A stretch of DNA of 64,000 bases from Salisapilia sapeloensis CBS 127946 (taxonomy: Eukaryota > Protista > Oomycota): contig JAADVB010000027.1 in NCBI GenBank assembly GCA_023334545.1, positions 52,581 through 116,580 of the forward strand. The letters are read 5' to 3'. Shown piece after piece: positions 34,624 to 44,706 of the stretch. The stretch's first letter is position 1. Each line of letters starts with the position of its first letter. Under the pieces are notes generated by a model that saw only the letters and a program-made list of their open reading frames with translations, searched no databases and was not told the DNA's origin. A program made the position numbers and the translations under genes.

Positions 34624-36143
34624 ATGAAGAAGAAACTAGTGACCATACTACTAGCATTTTCATGTCTACAACGTGTCCGATGTGATTTCGTCTACTACGA
34701 CTTTAATCGAACTCACGGTCTGGCGCTTAACGGAGACGCTGGTACGAGCAACTGCATACGTGTGCAGAGAGTATGATGCTTATGCACTAGCTGCTGGCCA
34801 ACTAAACTTAGTAAGGATGACAATTGTGCCTGATAGAACGAATATTCGGATCGGACTGGGATAAATGATGAAAGAGAAGCAGAGTTGGAAGTTGTACAGC
34901 ATCAAGGTGCCGAGACACTTTGGTTTGAAACGAAAGAAACCGAGAACATGAGTACGAGTAGTCGAATCGAGTATGAGACCGCGACATTTCGCCATCGTCA
35001 GACCTTTGAAAACAGTGAGGAGGAACTGTGCGCTTCCCGATTACGTCTGACAGCATCCAGTCCGCACCAAATCTCATCCACTTGGTACTCACAGAAGCTA
35101 CCAGTGGTCCAAGGATTTGAGACCAAGTTCACATTCCAAATATTGGATCAGTCAAAGCATTGCATGGAGGTCTTGGACCACAACTTTGGATTGAACCACT
35201 ACAAGAGCTGCTATGTCCATGGAGGAGACGGATTTGCATTTGTCATTCATGCAAATGCTGACGGCGAGAGTACTGTAGGTGGATCCAGTAGTCAGCACGA
35301 CACGAGCGAACTCGGATATGACGGTATCAGTAACTCGATTGCGATCGAGTTCGATACTTGGTACAATGCCGAGCATTCGGACACGATGACAGATCACGTT
35401 GCAATATACTCCAATGGAGTAGATGAAAATTCCGTCCGTAGCTCCAGGTTGTCTCGTGTAGCACTGCATGACCTTGCCGATGGGCAAATTCACGTCGTCA
35501 AAATCCGATATTTCGATGAGATCAAGGTATAATTGACTATGATCGTTTTGAACAGCTTGGTAGCTCTTAGTCATTTCTTCCACGTAGATGGACTATGTTC
35601 CCTACTTTTCGTCCACAGAAAACTTGCCAAAGTTCATTCAGGATGTGTCTGAAGGACGTAGGATGGGCACACTAGCTGTATTTATGGACAATGGCATCGA
35701 CACGGATACGCCTCTCCTAGCAATTCCCATCAATATCGCTGCTACATTGCAGATGCCGACAGACGAAGCTTTTGTAGTAAGTTAGCAGTTTCCTACTGAT
35801 TGTACGCTTTATTGATGTAATTATACTTCAGGGCTTCACCTCCTCTACGGGAGACTCTTGGCAAAAGCATGACGTCCTTGGTTGGTATTACTGCACTCAG
35901 GTATATTTTCATGTCATTAAACTTAGACTGGTAACGTGAGTTTTGACCATCACATAGCCACCTTGCTCGGACCAATACGGCACTGAGATGACGTTCGACT
36001 TTGACTACAACGAACAGTCAATGCAGTCGTCCGCCTCACATCTGAAGAATCTTTACCCGATCTACATTTTCCCTGATAGCGAAGCTTGGGCTCGAAAGCC
36101 TCGATACTTTGCTCCTGATCAGCAAGTTGGTCTGGCCAAATAG
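34624..36143 (+). CDS. Secreted legume-type (ConA-like) lectin-domain protein, 5 exons
   Basis: Signal peptide MKKKLVTILLAFSCLQRVRC; GFETKFTFQI, GGDGFAFVIH, NSIAIEFDTWYN, GFTSSTG...HDVLGW. Four canonical short introns restore one frame ending ...QQVGLAK*. Confidence 0.8.
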
Positions 36144-36659
36144 TCTGCTGGATGTCCACTGGGATGCGTTCATCACTGGTTTTCGGTAGACAAGTTGTTG
36201 TCGGAAAGCTTTGTGGCAACAATATACATTTATTGTCTTTGATCATTTAAAAGCTGGTACTTGGATTCGCCCTTGTGAGATGGTCATTGTCATAAACCCA
36301 GATCTACGAGGCCTTTTCTCAGATTCGATGAGCACTCGCCAGTTGTACACTGCCTGCAATGATCTCAATACACTTAAAAGAATAACATTGTGTTTAATAG
36401 TCTTTTCACTGCAACCAGCAAGACTTATAACCTTTCGTCAAAGCTTATCTTAAAGGTAAAGGGAGGAGTTGAAGCGATTGATGACACGCGCCGTTTGATC
36501 GGCTAACACATGAACCATTGAAGTCACCAGTGAACACGAAATGAGAAGTGCATCAATTGAAGGTTATATACTACCAGAACTCACGAGCTCTACACGTCGG
36601 ATGGACATTTATGCAAATACAAGTCTGTTCCTGCTCTACGTATCTAATCCTTGTTGTCC

Positions 36660-39600
36660 CTATCCTCGTTTCGTATCGATAGCTCTTTTCCATAAGCTTT
36701 CAAACGCCTTCATGCTATCTGGGCGAATCCACTTGCTAATTTCGTCCTTCAAAAACATCTTGTTCTGTTTCCACTGGGCAATCAGTTTGCTCTTGCTGTC
36801 CACTTCCGTGCGCATAAGTTTGCTAACAAGTAGCTGAATCTTGCTATCAAACTTCCGACGGATAAGATTCGCACTTGGTTCACTCAGCAACTCCGGCAGT
36901 CCAGACCATTGATCGCATATTTCGCCATCTAGCAAAAGCTTTGCAACCCATCGATACTTTTTGTCCAATTTCGACGTCGCAGGGAACTTAACACACGTAA
37001 TCGGCAATTCCCATCTACTTACGCCATAGTACACACGTACGTACGCCTTCACTTCATCCGCTTCCTTATCATAGAATGGTCTCGGTTCATCCAATGGCTC
37101 GGACAATTTGCATAGTGGCGTGTTCTGTCCAATGGAGGCAAGCCACGAGCTATCGATAACCGTCACGGCCTTGAGATACACCTTCGTGGTTCGTTCAATG
37201 CCAGTGTAGACAACCAATTCAGGAAGCTTTCGAGCATTGGGTGAGAAGACAGACGAGTGCGGGTGGACATACGCTGGTGTCTTTGTTTCTTGCGTCGCTG
37301 TCAAGTAGGCGCAAGTCCGTTCAATACGAGAGCCTTCTGTAATCGTTCCAGGAGGCACATGCTTAGCCACTTGGTCGAGGAACCCGGCGGTGACAATCTG
37401 CCGAAGCAGTTTCTCTGTCTCGACGTCTGGAGGACTCATCCTCGGGTTCACTTTCACTCGGTTCTCCCGGTTATAATACACTTGGTTCACGATACGAGTT
37501 AGCTGCTGTCGAAGCTTGAGCGCTTGTTGCATGGTCTTTTCATGCAAAAAGTTCTCTTCGCAAAACTCCTTCGAGCCGCCAGAGAAAGCGTAAGCCCCAG
37601 TAGCTCTTAAAAGACTCAAAATGTCGCTATCAGGATGCTTCCATTGTGCATGCCGCTTCTTGTCCTCTTCATTCTCGACTCCATCCATGATAAAGGGCGA
37701 GTGGCCGGACATGGCGGCCACCATTGCAATCGTGTACTCGAGAGCATTGAGCTCCTTTGCCAGCAAAAGCATCTTGCTAAACCTTGCGGACACAGGGAAC
37801 CTGACCATCGTACTACCAAGCGCTGTCACAGACTCATTCTGGACTGCACCCAAGTATTCTAATGTCTGCAAAGCCTTCTGAATCGCATCTCGATCAGGAG
37901 GTGTCGGGAACGGGAAGCTTGGAACGTCGTGAATGCCCATAGTTTTCATCTGAAGCACCAGGTCTTCAATCGGTCGTCCGAGAATCTCTGGTGGGGAGAA
38001 TTTGGCAAACTCTTCGTTGAAAACGGCCGAAGAGTAGAGACGGTAACAGTGTCCTGGTCCAGTTCGACCAGCTCGACCAGCTCGTTGGTCAGCGCTTGCC
38101 TTGGAAATCCACTGCACGTCAAATGTCGAGATACCAGTAGACAGATCGTACACGCGTTCTTTCGTCCGACCAGCGTCAACCACGTACTTGATGCCAGGGA
38201 TGGTCAACGATGTTTCAGCTACATTTGTCGCCACGACGACCAGTCGATGGTCTTCAGGTGGAGGCTCGAACACTCGCATCTGTTCGTCATTTGCAAGTAA
38301 AGAGTAAAGAGGGAGAGGATACAAGTATGGCACAGCCAACTCGTCCATTTCTTCATCCTCATCTTCCTCCTCAGACATGGGCTCATTATCTTCCTCTTCC
38401 TTACCATACGTCTCAATGTCATTTAAATCCGCCTCATCCTCCATGTCGTCGTGTTCTTCCAACGCCAGCTCCTCTTCATCGACATTCCGTCTTTGTCTGA
38501 CTTCTTCCTTGACAGCCTTTGTAGTCGTGGTCTTAGGAGCAAAGGCTCCACGTAGCTTCTTACACAGTTGCTTGATCTCTCTCTGACCAGTTAAAAAAAC
38601 CAGGATGCCACCTTCTGGCAGTCGTTTGTGGATCTTACACACCTTCTTATACGCTTCGTTAACATAGTCATCGAGCTCCGTGCGCTTGTTAAAGTGGACG
38701 GTGACAGGATACTGTCTCGCCTCCACTTTCAGCACGGGCGGAGGCGTTGGGAACAACCGAGCGTTCTGAGTAAAGTCCTCTACCCGTAGTGTAGCAGACA
38801 TGATGACCAATTTCAATGGTTCGATCGGCTTTCTCTCCTTTTTCTCTTCATCGCTCCAAGTATGCCAGCTCTCCTTTTCTTCCTTGGCCATCTGGGCACG
38901 CATGGGTGCGATACGAGACAAGAGACCGATGAGAATATCCGTATTCACATTCCGTTCGTGTGCTTCATCTAGCAGAATGATCGAGTAGCTGCGTAGTAAG
39001 AAGTCCTGCTGGATCTCCTTGAGCAGAATACCGTCCGTCATGAACTTTACACGCGTATTCGGACCGACATGCGTGGCATCGTATCGAATCTGATACCCCA
39101 CCAACGCATCTTCACCTCCACCAAAGCCTACGTTCAGTTCCTCCGCCACACGCTTTGCAGTGGAGACAGCAGCCACACGTCTCGGCTGAGTCACACCAAC
39201 TTTACCACTATGCACGCCGTGTTCCGGGTGACCGTATCCGGCTTCAAAGAGGAACTGAGGCACCTGGGTCGTCTTACCACTACCCGTTTCACCACACAAG
39301 AGAACGACATCGTTGTCAGCGATGGCTTCCATGATCTCTTGCTCTGAAGAGCAGACAGGTAGCTTCATACGTGCCATTTGGATGTCAGGGTTGCGTTCGA
39401 CATGTACCAACTGACGTTGAATGGGCAGACTAGTTTGCTTACTGAGCTCTGCCATTTCCTTTTCCGTCTTCAGTACGATCGGTTCAGGAACATACATTGG
39501 CTCATTTGATACTTGTTCGCTCTCAGAGCTCACCTTGTCCTTGGTGGACGTAGATGCTTGCTCCTTTTCTCGTCGACGAGCCTCGTTCTTGGCACGAAGG

Positions 39601-40538
39601 GCTGCTAACTTGGCCATTGCGTCCGATTGAGAGTTCTTCTGCTTTGCATCAGCATCTTCTTGAGGTTCTTCCGGCTTGGATACATTGTCACAACCATCCT
39701 CCGCACTGTCTTCCACGTCCGAAGCAGCAATCGTCCTGTACGTGACAACTGGAGCAGCCTTCTTCCGCTTCTTCTTTTTATTCGCACCGGCGGTGGCTTT
39801 CTTGTTCTCTTCCTCCGTTTTGGAGGTTGGAGCTTCCGCCTTTGCATCGTTTAAAGGTTCTTTGGACTCTGTATCAGCCGTATCAACCACTTGCGACGCA
39901 CTTTGCTTTCGCTTTTTACCCTTATTTTTCTTTTTTGGAGCAGGCGTGTCTTCACTCGGCACATTCTTTTCCTCAGAATCATTGCTCTCGTCATTTGCAA
40001 CATCCTTTTCAACGAAAAGCTCTGCAGTCTCCTGCTCAGAGAGTTGGATGCCGGCCTTGTGTCGATTCATGGACTGTTTCAACCGCTCTTTTAACGTCGA
40101 CTTGTGCCCCAAGCGAGCACTCGACTGCATCAAGTTCTGCTGCTCTTCACTTAGCTGTCTTTCCGTTAAAGACTTGAACAACTGCTCTCGCTTGGCCTCT
40201 TTCTCCTTTTTCGCAGCAATTGCCTCCAACTTCTTACGCTTGGCTTTACTCATCTTGGTTGCAACTTGCAAATCTTCCTCTTTGGCCTTAACGTGTTCAT
40301 CCTTTTTCTTCTCCTTGGTCTTTTTGCTCTTATGATTACCCGGCATGATCATCAGCTCATTGTCATTGCCACCTAGTTCCGCACGTAGCTCTTCGGAGAG
40401 CATATTTGACAGATCTTCAGATGCCCCAGCTCCTTCTTCATTTAATGAAGTAGCTTCTGGATCAACTCGAGCTTCATTATTCGCAGTATTATCCGCCTGC
40501 GACTGCTGCCGGCGCTGCCGGACCTTGGCCTTGCCCAT
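36660..40538 (-). CDS. DHX37: DEAH-box RNA helicase DHX37/Dhr1 (SSU biogenesis)
   Basis: GETGSGKTTQVPQFLFEAGY, DEAHER, MSATLRVEDF, ATNVAETSLTIPGIKYVVD, QRAGRAGRTGPGHCYRLYSS; intronless, ATG at 40538. Confidence 0.92.
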   Translation of the reverse strand: MGKAKVRQRRQQSQADNTANNEARVDPEATSLNEEGAGASEDLSNMLSEELRAELGGNDNELMIMPGNHKSKKTKEKKKDEHVKAKEEDLQVATKMSKAKRKKLEAIAAKKEKEAKREQLFKSLTERQLSEEQQNLMQSSARLGHKSTLKERLKQSMNRHKAGIQLSEQETAELFVEKDVANDESNDSEEKNVPSEDTPAPKKKNKGKKRKQSASQVVDTADTESKEPLNDAKAEAPTSKTEEENKKATAGANKKKKRKKAAPVVTYRTIAASDVEDSAEDGCDNVSKPEEPQEDADAKQKNSQSDAMAKLAALRAKNEARRREKEQASTSTKDKVSSESEQVSNEPMYVPEPIVLKTEKEMAELSKQTSLPIQRQLVHVERNPDIQMARMKLPVCSSEQEIMEAIADNDVVLLCGETGSGKTTQVPQFLFEAGYGHPEHGVHSGKVGVTQPRRVAAVSTAKRVAEELNVGFGGGEDALVGYQIRYDATHVGPNTRVKFMTDGILLKEIQQDFLLRSYSIILLDEAHERNVNTDILIGLLSRIAPMRAQMAKEEKESWHTWSDEEKKERKPIEPLKLVIMSATLRVEDFTQNARLFPTPPPVLKVEARQYPVTVHFNKRTELDDYVNEAYKKVCKIHKRLPEGGILVFLTGQREIKQLCKKLRGAFAPKTTTTKAVKEEVRQRRNVDEEELALEEHDDMEDEADLNDIETYGKEEEDNEPMSEEEDEDEEMDELAVPYLYPLPLYSLLANDEQMRVFEPPPEDHRLVVVATNVAETSLTIPGIKYVVDAGRTKERVYDLSTGISTFDVQWISKASADQRAGRAGRTGPGHCYRLYSSAVFNEEFAKFSPPEILGRPIEDLVLQMKTMGIHDVPSFPFPTPPDRDAIQKALQTLEYLGAVQNESVTALGSTMVRFPVSARFSKMLLLAKELNALEYTIAMVAAMSGHSPFIMDGVENEEDKKRHAQWKHPDSDILSLLRATGAYAFSGGSKEFCEENFLHEKTMQQALKLRQQLTRIVNQVYYNRENRVKVNPRMSPPDVETEKLLRQIVTAGFLDQVAKHVPPGTITEGSRIERTCAYLTATQETKTPAYVHPHSSVFSPNARKLPELVVYTGIERTTKVYLKAVTVIDSSWLASIGQNTPLCKLSEPLDEPRPFYDKEADEVKAYVRVYYGVSRWELPITCVKFPATSKLDKKYRWVAKLLLDGEICDQWSGLPELLSEPSANLIRRKFDSKIQLLVSKLMRTEVDSKSKLIAQWKQNKMFLKDEISKWIRPDSMKAFESLWKRAIDTKRG

Positions 40539-40760
40539 ATTTCGACTTGTGTCCAATCAGATATAACTGCTACCTTTGCTATAATAGGCATACAAAAACA
40601 GCGTCTACGATAACAGCTTAACTGCTCAAGTTGAAGTTTTAAAAAAGCACCAATCAAAACTGCTGTGAAAGATCAGTTTGTGCCAATCACAGAAGCGCAG
40701 TATCTGGTGGAGCGGACGAAACTTCGACATTGGTTGTCATCGTTATTCCAATCTACCATC
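40539..40760. promoter_or_regulatory. Bidirectional promoter with five CCAAT boxes
   Basis: CCAAT at 40553, 40650, 40683 and 40748, ATTGG at 40729, all within 222 bp between divergent ATGs. Confidence 0.6.
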
Positions 40761-42587
40761 ATGCCGACGAAGCGCGTGAAGGGAAAGAAGAAGCTCAAGT
40801 CGATCAAGTCCAAGCAGACCGACACGTTCGGAAGCAAGCGTCGTGCTGCAAAGTTAGGCAAAGAGCAGAAGAAGGGACATAAGGGCTATGCGGCCAATTA
40901 CATTACACGAGCGCAGGCTCTGAAGCGCCTCCAGATCTCGCTCAAGGACTTCCGGAGGCTGTGCATCCTCAAGGGAGTGTACCCGCGTGACCCGAAGAAG
41001 AAGGTCAAGGGCAAAGATAAAGCCTACTACTACGTCAAGGATGTCATGTACCTAGCGCATGAACCGGTGTTGGAAAAGTTCCGAGAGATGAAGACGTTTA
41101 TGAAGCGAATTGCTAAGTCCTTTGGCAAGAAGAACTACGCTGATGTCAAACGTCGGGAAGAGCAGGGCAAGCCAACGTACTCGCTCGACCACATCGTGAA
41201 GGAGCGATACCCTCGCTTCGTGGACGCCATCTCGGATCTCGATGACGCTCTGTGTCTTGTCCACCTCTTTGCTCGCATGCCTGCCGGCAACGGGCTCGAG
41301 GCGCAAGTGACGGAGAACTGTCTCAAACTCGTTCGAGAGTGGCAAAACTACGTCGTGGTCTCTCGATCGCTCTCGAAAACATTCATTAGTATCAAGGGCA
41401 TCTACTACCAGGCCAATGTCCATGGTGAAAACATCACATGGCTCGTTCCTCACCAGTTCACGCCGACTTACGATGAGCGTGTGGACTTGCGTGTGATGCA
41501 CACGTTCCTCGAGTTCTACCAAGTGCTCCTCAAGTTCGTCCTGTACCAGCTCTACTCCGAGATGGGTGTCCAGTACCCTCCCAAGATCGACTTGGAGCTC
41601 GATGAAGCAGGTGCTCAGCTCGATGCCATTCGTCTTGAGAAGCTGAACAACAAGTCGAAGGAAGCCAAGACAGAGGAGAAGAAGACCGAGATAACGGAAC
41701 AGCAGAAGGAGAGTGAAGACCGATTAAAGTCGTTGAAAGACGTGACGTTCACGGACAATCCGCTCGAGAACGAAGAAGAGTTGGAGTACGGTCAGATGAC
41801 GGAGGCTCTCGAAGCTACCTTTGCCTCCAGCAGTCTTGCTCTGCAACTGCAGAAGCAGGAAGAATCGGACGACACACCTCTCTTCCGAAACCTTGTCTTC
41901 TACTTGTCTCGCGAAGTTCCAAAGGAGCCGCTTGAATTCGTCGTGAAAGCTCACGGGGGATACGTCGCATGGGACGGAAGCTCCAAGATTGACGAGACGA
42001 GTGACAAGATCACGCACCACGTCATGGATCGTCCTCAGCTCGACAAAAAGCACAAGAACCGAGAGTACATCCAGCCGCAGTGGGTGTTCGACAGTGTCAA
42101 CAACGGCATTCTCTTGCCAGTGTCCAAGTACGCCATCGGTGTTTCGCTACCTCCGCACTTGAGTCCGTTCGTCGACGACTCGAGAGATGGGTATGTGCCC
42201 GACTACCGCAAGGAGCTGGATAACCTCAAGTCTGCTGCGCAGATGCTCAAGGAGAACGGCAGCGAGTTCGATACATTCGAGCAGGCGGAGGAGCAAGAAG
42301 AGGCCGAGGAAGAGTACGCTGAGGGCGTGCAGGCTGAGCTGGAAGGCGAAGAGAGCGGAGAGGAAGAAGAAGAAGAGCCTGTCAAGAAGAGTAAGAAAGA
42401 GAAGCAGGAGGAGGAGGACGCCGAGCTGCACGAGATGGCCAAGACGATGATGGGCAAGAAGGCCAAGCGACTGTACGACCGCATGCAGCACGGTCTGGGC
42501 AAGAAGGCGGACAAGATCCAGGCGTTAGAAGACAAGAAAGCCAAGCTGCAGACCGAAAAGGGTCAGAAGAAGCGTAGGAAGCACTAG
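40761..42587 (+). CDS. PES1: Pescadillo homolog (PES1/Nop7; LSU biogenesis)
   Basis: NYITRAQALKRLQISLKDFRRLCILKGVYPRDP, ERYPRFVDAISDLDDALCL, BRCT region with YIQPQWVFDSVN, LPPHLSPFV; acidic tail. Confidence 0.95.
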   Translation: MPTKRVKGKKKLKSIKSKQTDTFGSKRRAAKLGKEQKKGHKGYAANYITRAQALKRLQISLKDFRRLCILKGVYPRDPKKKVKGKDKAYYYVKDVMYLAHEPVLEKFREMKTFMKRIAKSFGKKNYADVKRREEQGKPTYSLDHIVKERYPRFVDAISDLDDALCLVHLFARMPAGNGLEAQVTENCLKLVREWQNYVVVSRSLSKTFISIKGIYYQANVHGENITWLVPHQFTPTYDERVDLRVMHTFLEFYQVLLKFVLYQLYSEMGVQYPPKIDLELDEAGAQLDAIRLEKLNNKSKEAKTEEKKTEITEQQKESEDRLKSLKDVTFTDNPLENEEELEYGQMTEALEATFASSSLALQLQKQEESDDTPLFRNLVFYLSREVPKEPLEFVVKAHGGYVAWDGSSKIDETSDKITHHVMDRPQLDKKHKNREYIQPQWVFDSVNNGILLPVSKYAIGVSLPPHLSPFVDDSRDGYVPDYRKELDNLKSAAQMLKENGSEFDTFEQAEEQEEAEEEYAEGVQAELEGEESGEEEEEEPVKKSKKEKQEEEDAELHEMAKTMMGKKAKRLYDRMQHGLGKKADKIQALEDKKAKLQTEKGQKKRRKH

Positions 42588-42684
42588 AAATACGTTTGTT
42601 TTGTTCATGCAAATGCCACATTTTCTCTTTAGGTATGCGCACGGCGTATCCAGCTATCTGAAAACGATATGTGTGTGTGTGTTG

Positions 42685-44597
42685 TTACTCTGCTTTCACT
42701 TGCGCATTCGTCGTGTCCGCTCTCTCCTTCCACTTCCTCCGCAACTGTGCCGCTGCATACGCCACACTCTCGTCCCTATCACGACAGACCGTTAGACGTT
42801 AATTCATAGAATAAGACAAGGAAGAACGTACTTGGCTTTGCGTAGTTTAGAGACAAGCTTGCCGATCTGAGAGTCAATGATTTCCTTGGTGGTCAAGTCC
42901 AGTTCGTCCAGCTGCTCTAACGTTTTTTTCAGTACGGAAGCGTCTTGCTCTACGTTCGCCAGCATGTCTTTAATCCGTTCAATCTCGGCCGACCTCCCGT
43001 CTTCCTCCTTCTTGTCGCCCTTGAGCTGCTGCATCCACGTCTTCCGCAAGTCCCGTGCTGTGGCAGATACCCGGTCGTTCTCATGCTGCCGAAGATCCGC
43101 CACGGCTCTCGAGATGCCTGTGTTCTTCAAGTCCGACGTTTGCAACGGTAGCGACTGTAGTCTCTGTAGGATCTCCATGATGTCTTCATGGGACGTCTCC
43201 TTGGCCTCGAGCTGTTCACGCCACCTCTTTATATCGTCCGTCTCGACCTTGGTCTCTTGCTTGGCTTCTAGCGTACTCGATTCTTCTTCTTTCACATCCG
43301 ACTTGCCATTGGGTTCTTCCTCCTCTTCCATCGAACTAATAACTTGAGCCACCCCTTCCTTAATCTGCTTCTTATGATGACGAAGATCCAGACTAAGCCG
43401 CTTTTCCAACATCTTCCTCACACTTTTCGTCGTCATTTCATTGAATTCAGAATTCAGTAATATCCATCGAATCTCCTCCTCCAACATCGCACGTAACTTT
43501 TCCTCTGACACATCCGGAGTCTTCTTCCCAGACTTGCTCTTCTGACTACGCTCCTCATCCTTTGGCTCCTCCTTCTTCACAACTGCCTTCGGAGACTTTT
43601 CACTCTTGTCTGTTGTAGCAGATTGACTCTCCTCTTTCTTCGCCTTCTTCGAAGGTTTGGGAGATGGCGTCGAACTCTTCTTTCGTTTCTTCGGAGCAGT
43701 CTCTTCTTCTTCCACAGGTTCAGCAGGTTCGGCAGCTTCTTCTTCACTCGCGTCTCCACCGTCTTCCATATCCTCATCTTCATCCTCGTCTTCTACAGGT
43801 GGAGATTCGAGAGACGGATCCAAATCTGACGGAACCATGCAAGACGGTACTCTTGTGTCCTCTGGTTCGGCAAGATAGTCCTAGGCAACCATGCTGTCAG
43901 TTCTTTTCACTCGTGTAGATACGTACGACCGAAAATAGATTGAAAAGTAGCCTACTTCTGCTTCTTGAATGGCGTTTTTGAGTAATTTAGTCGAATTCGT
44001 ACGTTTGACCAAGTGCTTCGGCATTCCTTTCAACATCTCTTCCTTTTGGTCACAATCCCAATGTCTCAATGTACCTCTGTTCACTTTCGTTTGGGAGCTG
44101 AAAGACAAAAAAGCTTATGAGAAAATCTTTTCCAGCGAATATGCAGACAATAATGAACGTACAAGTCGTGTGAACCAAAGTAGTAGACCAAGCCAAAGTC
44201 TTTCGGAAAGTCGCGTGCCTTTTTCAAAATCTTCCGATGCCCATTGCCTAGTACAAGTACAATATCCCCCGTCAGAAGACCCGTCCAACCCTCTCCATGC
44301 ACTCTATAGTCTACACCTGACTATCTCAAGGCAGTACCAGTCGGATATTTGCTCTATCACAGTGCAAAGTCGCCAACTACGATACCCGAGCATGCCAGAC
44401 GAATTCCAATGTGACAACATACCTAGTAAATGCAGGTCCTCTCGCAGTGTCTTTGGGTCACAGACGAAGACGGGCCACCACGGATAGCCCTCTAGAATGT
44501 GCCACCCAATAGAGTTTGGCCCGGGCTCATCAACCTTCGGCATGCCGTCCACAGGATCTTGTTCGCGCTCGCAATCGCTTTTTATCAATGAGCCCAT
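42685..44597 (-). CDS. PWWP + DEK_C + tandem TFIIS-N-like chromatin protein, multi-exon
   Basis: WHILEGYPWWPV (PWWP); EFNEMTTKSVRKMLEKRLSLDLRHHKKQIK (DEK_C-like); two repeats of L..L..L.L....L..(T/S).I...V..LR....(V)...A..L..KW, the second completed by a last exon ending ...QLRRKWKERADTTNAQVKAE*. Confidence 0.72.
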
Positions 44598-44706
44598 TTA
44601 TCCTACTTTCACTATACCTTGACAAAAATTACGACGGTCGAAGCAAGAGGGCTACCTTCGGACGACCTCACGCACCTTGAAGTGCAGCCAGAACACGGTC
44701 GGCAGG

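Noticed and set aside
42669-42684. (GT)n microsatellite just past the PWWP gene stop
   Set aside because: Only about six units, which is ordinary.
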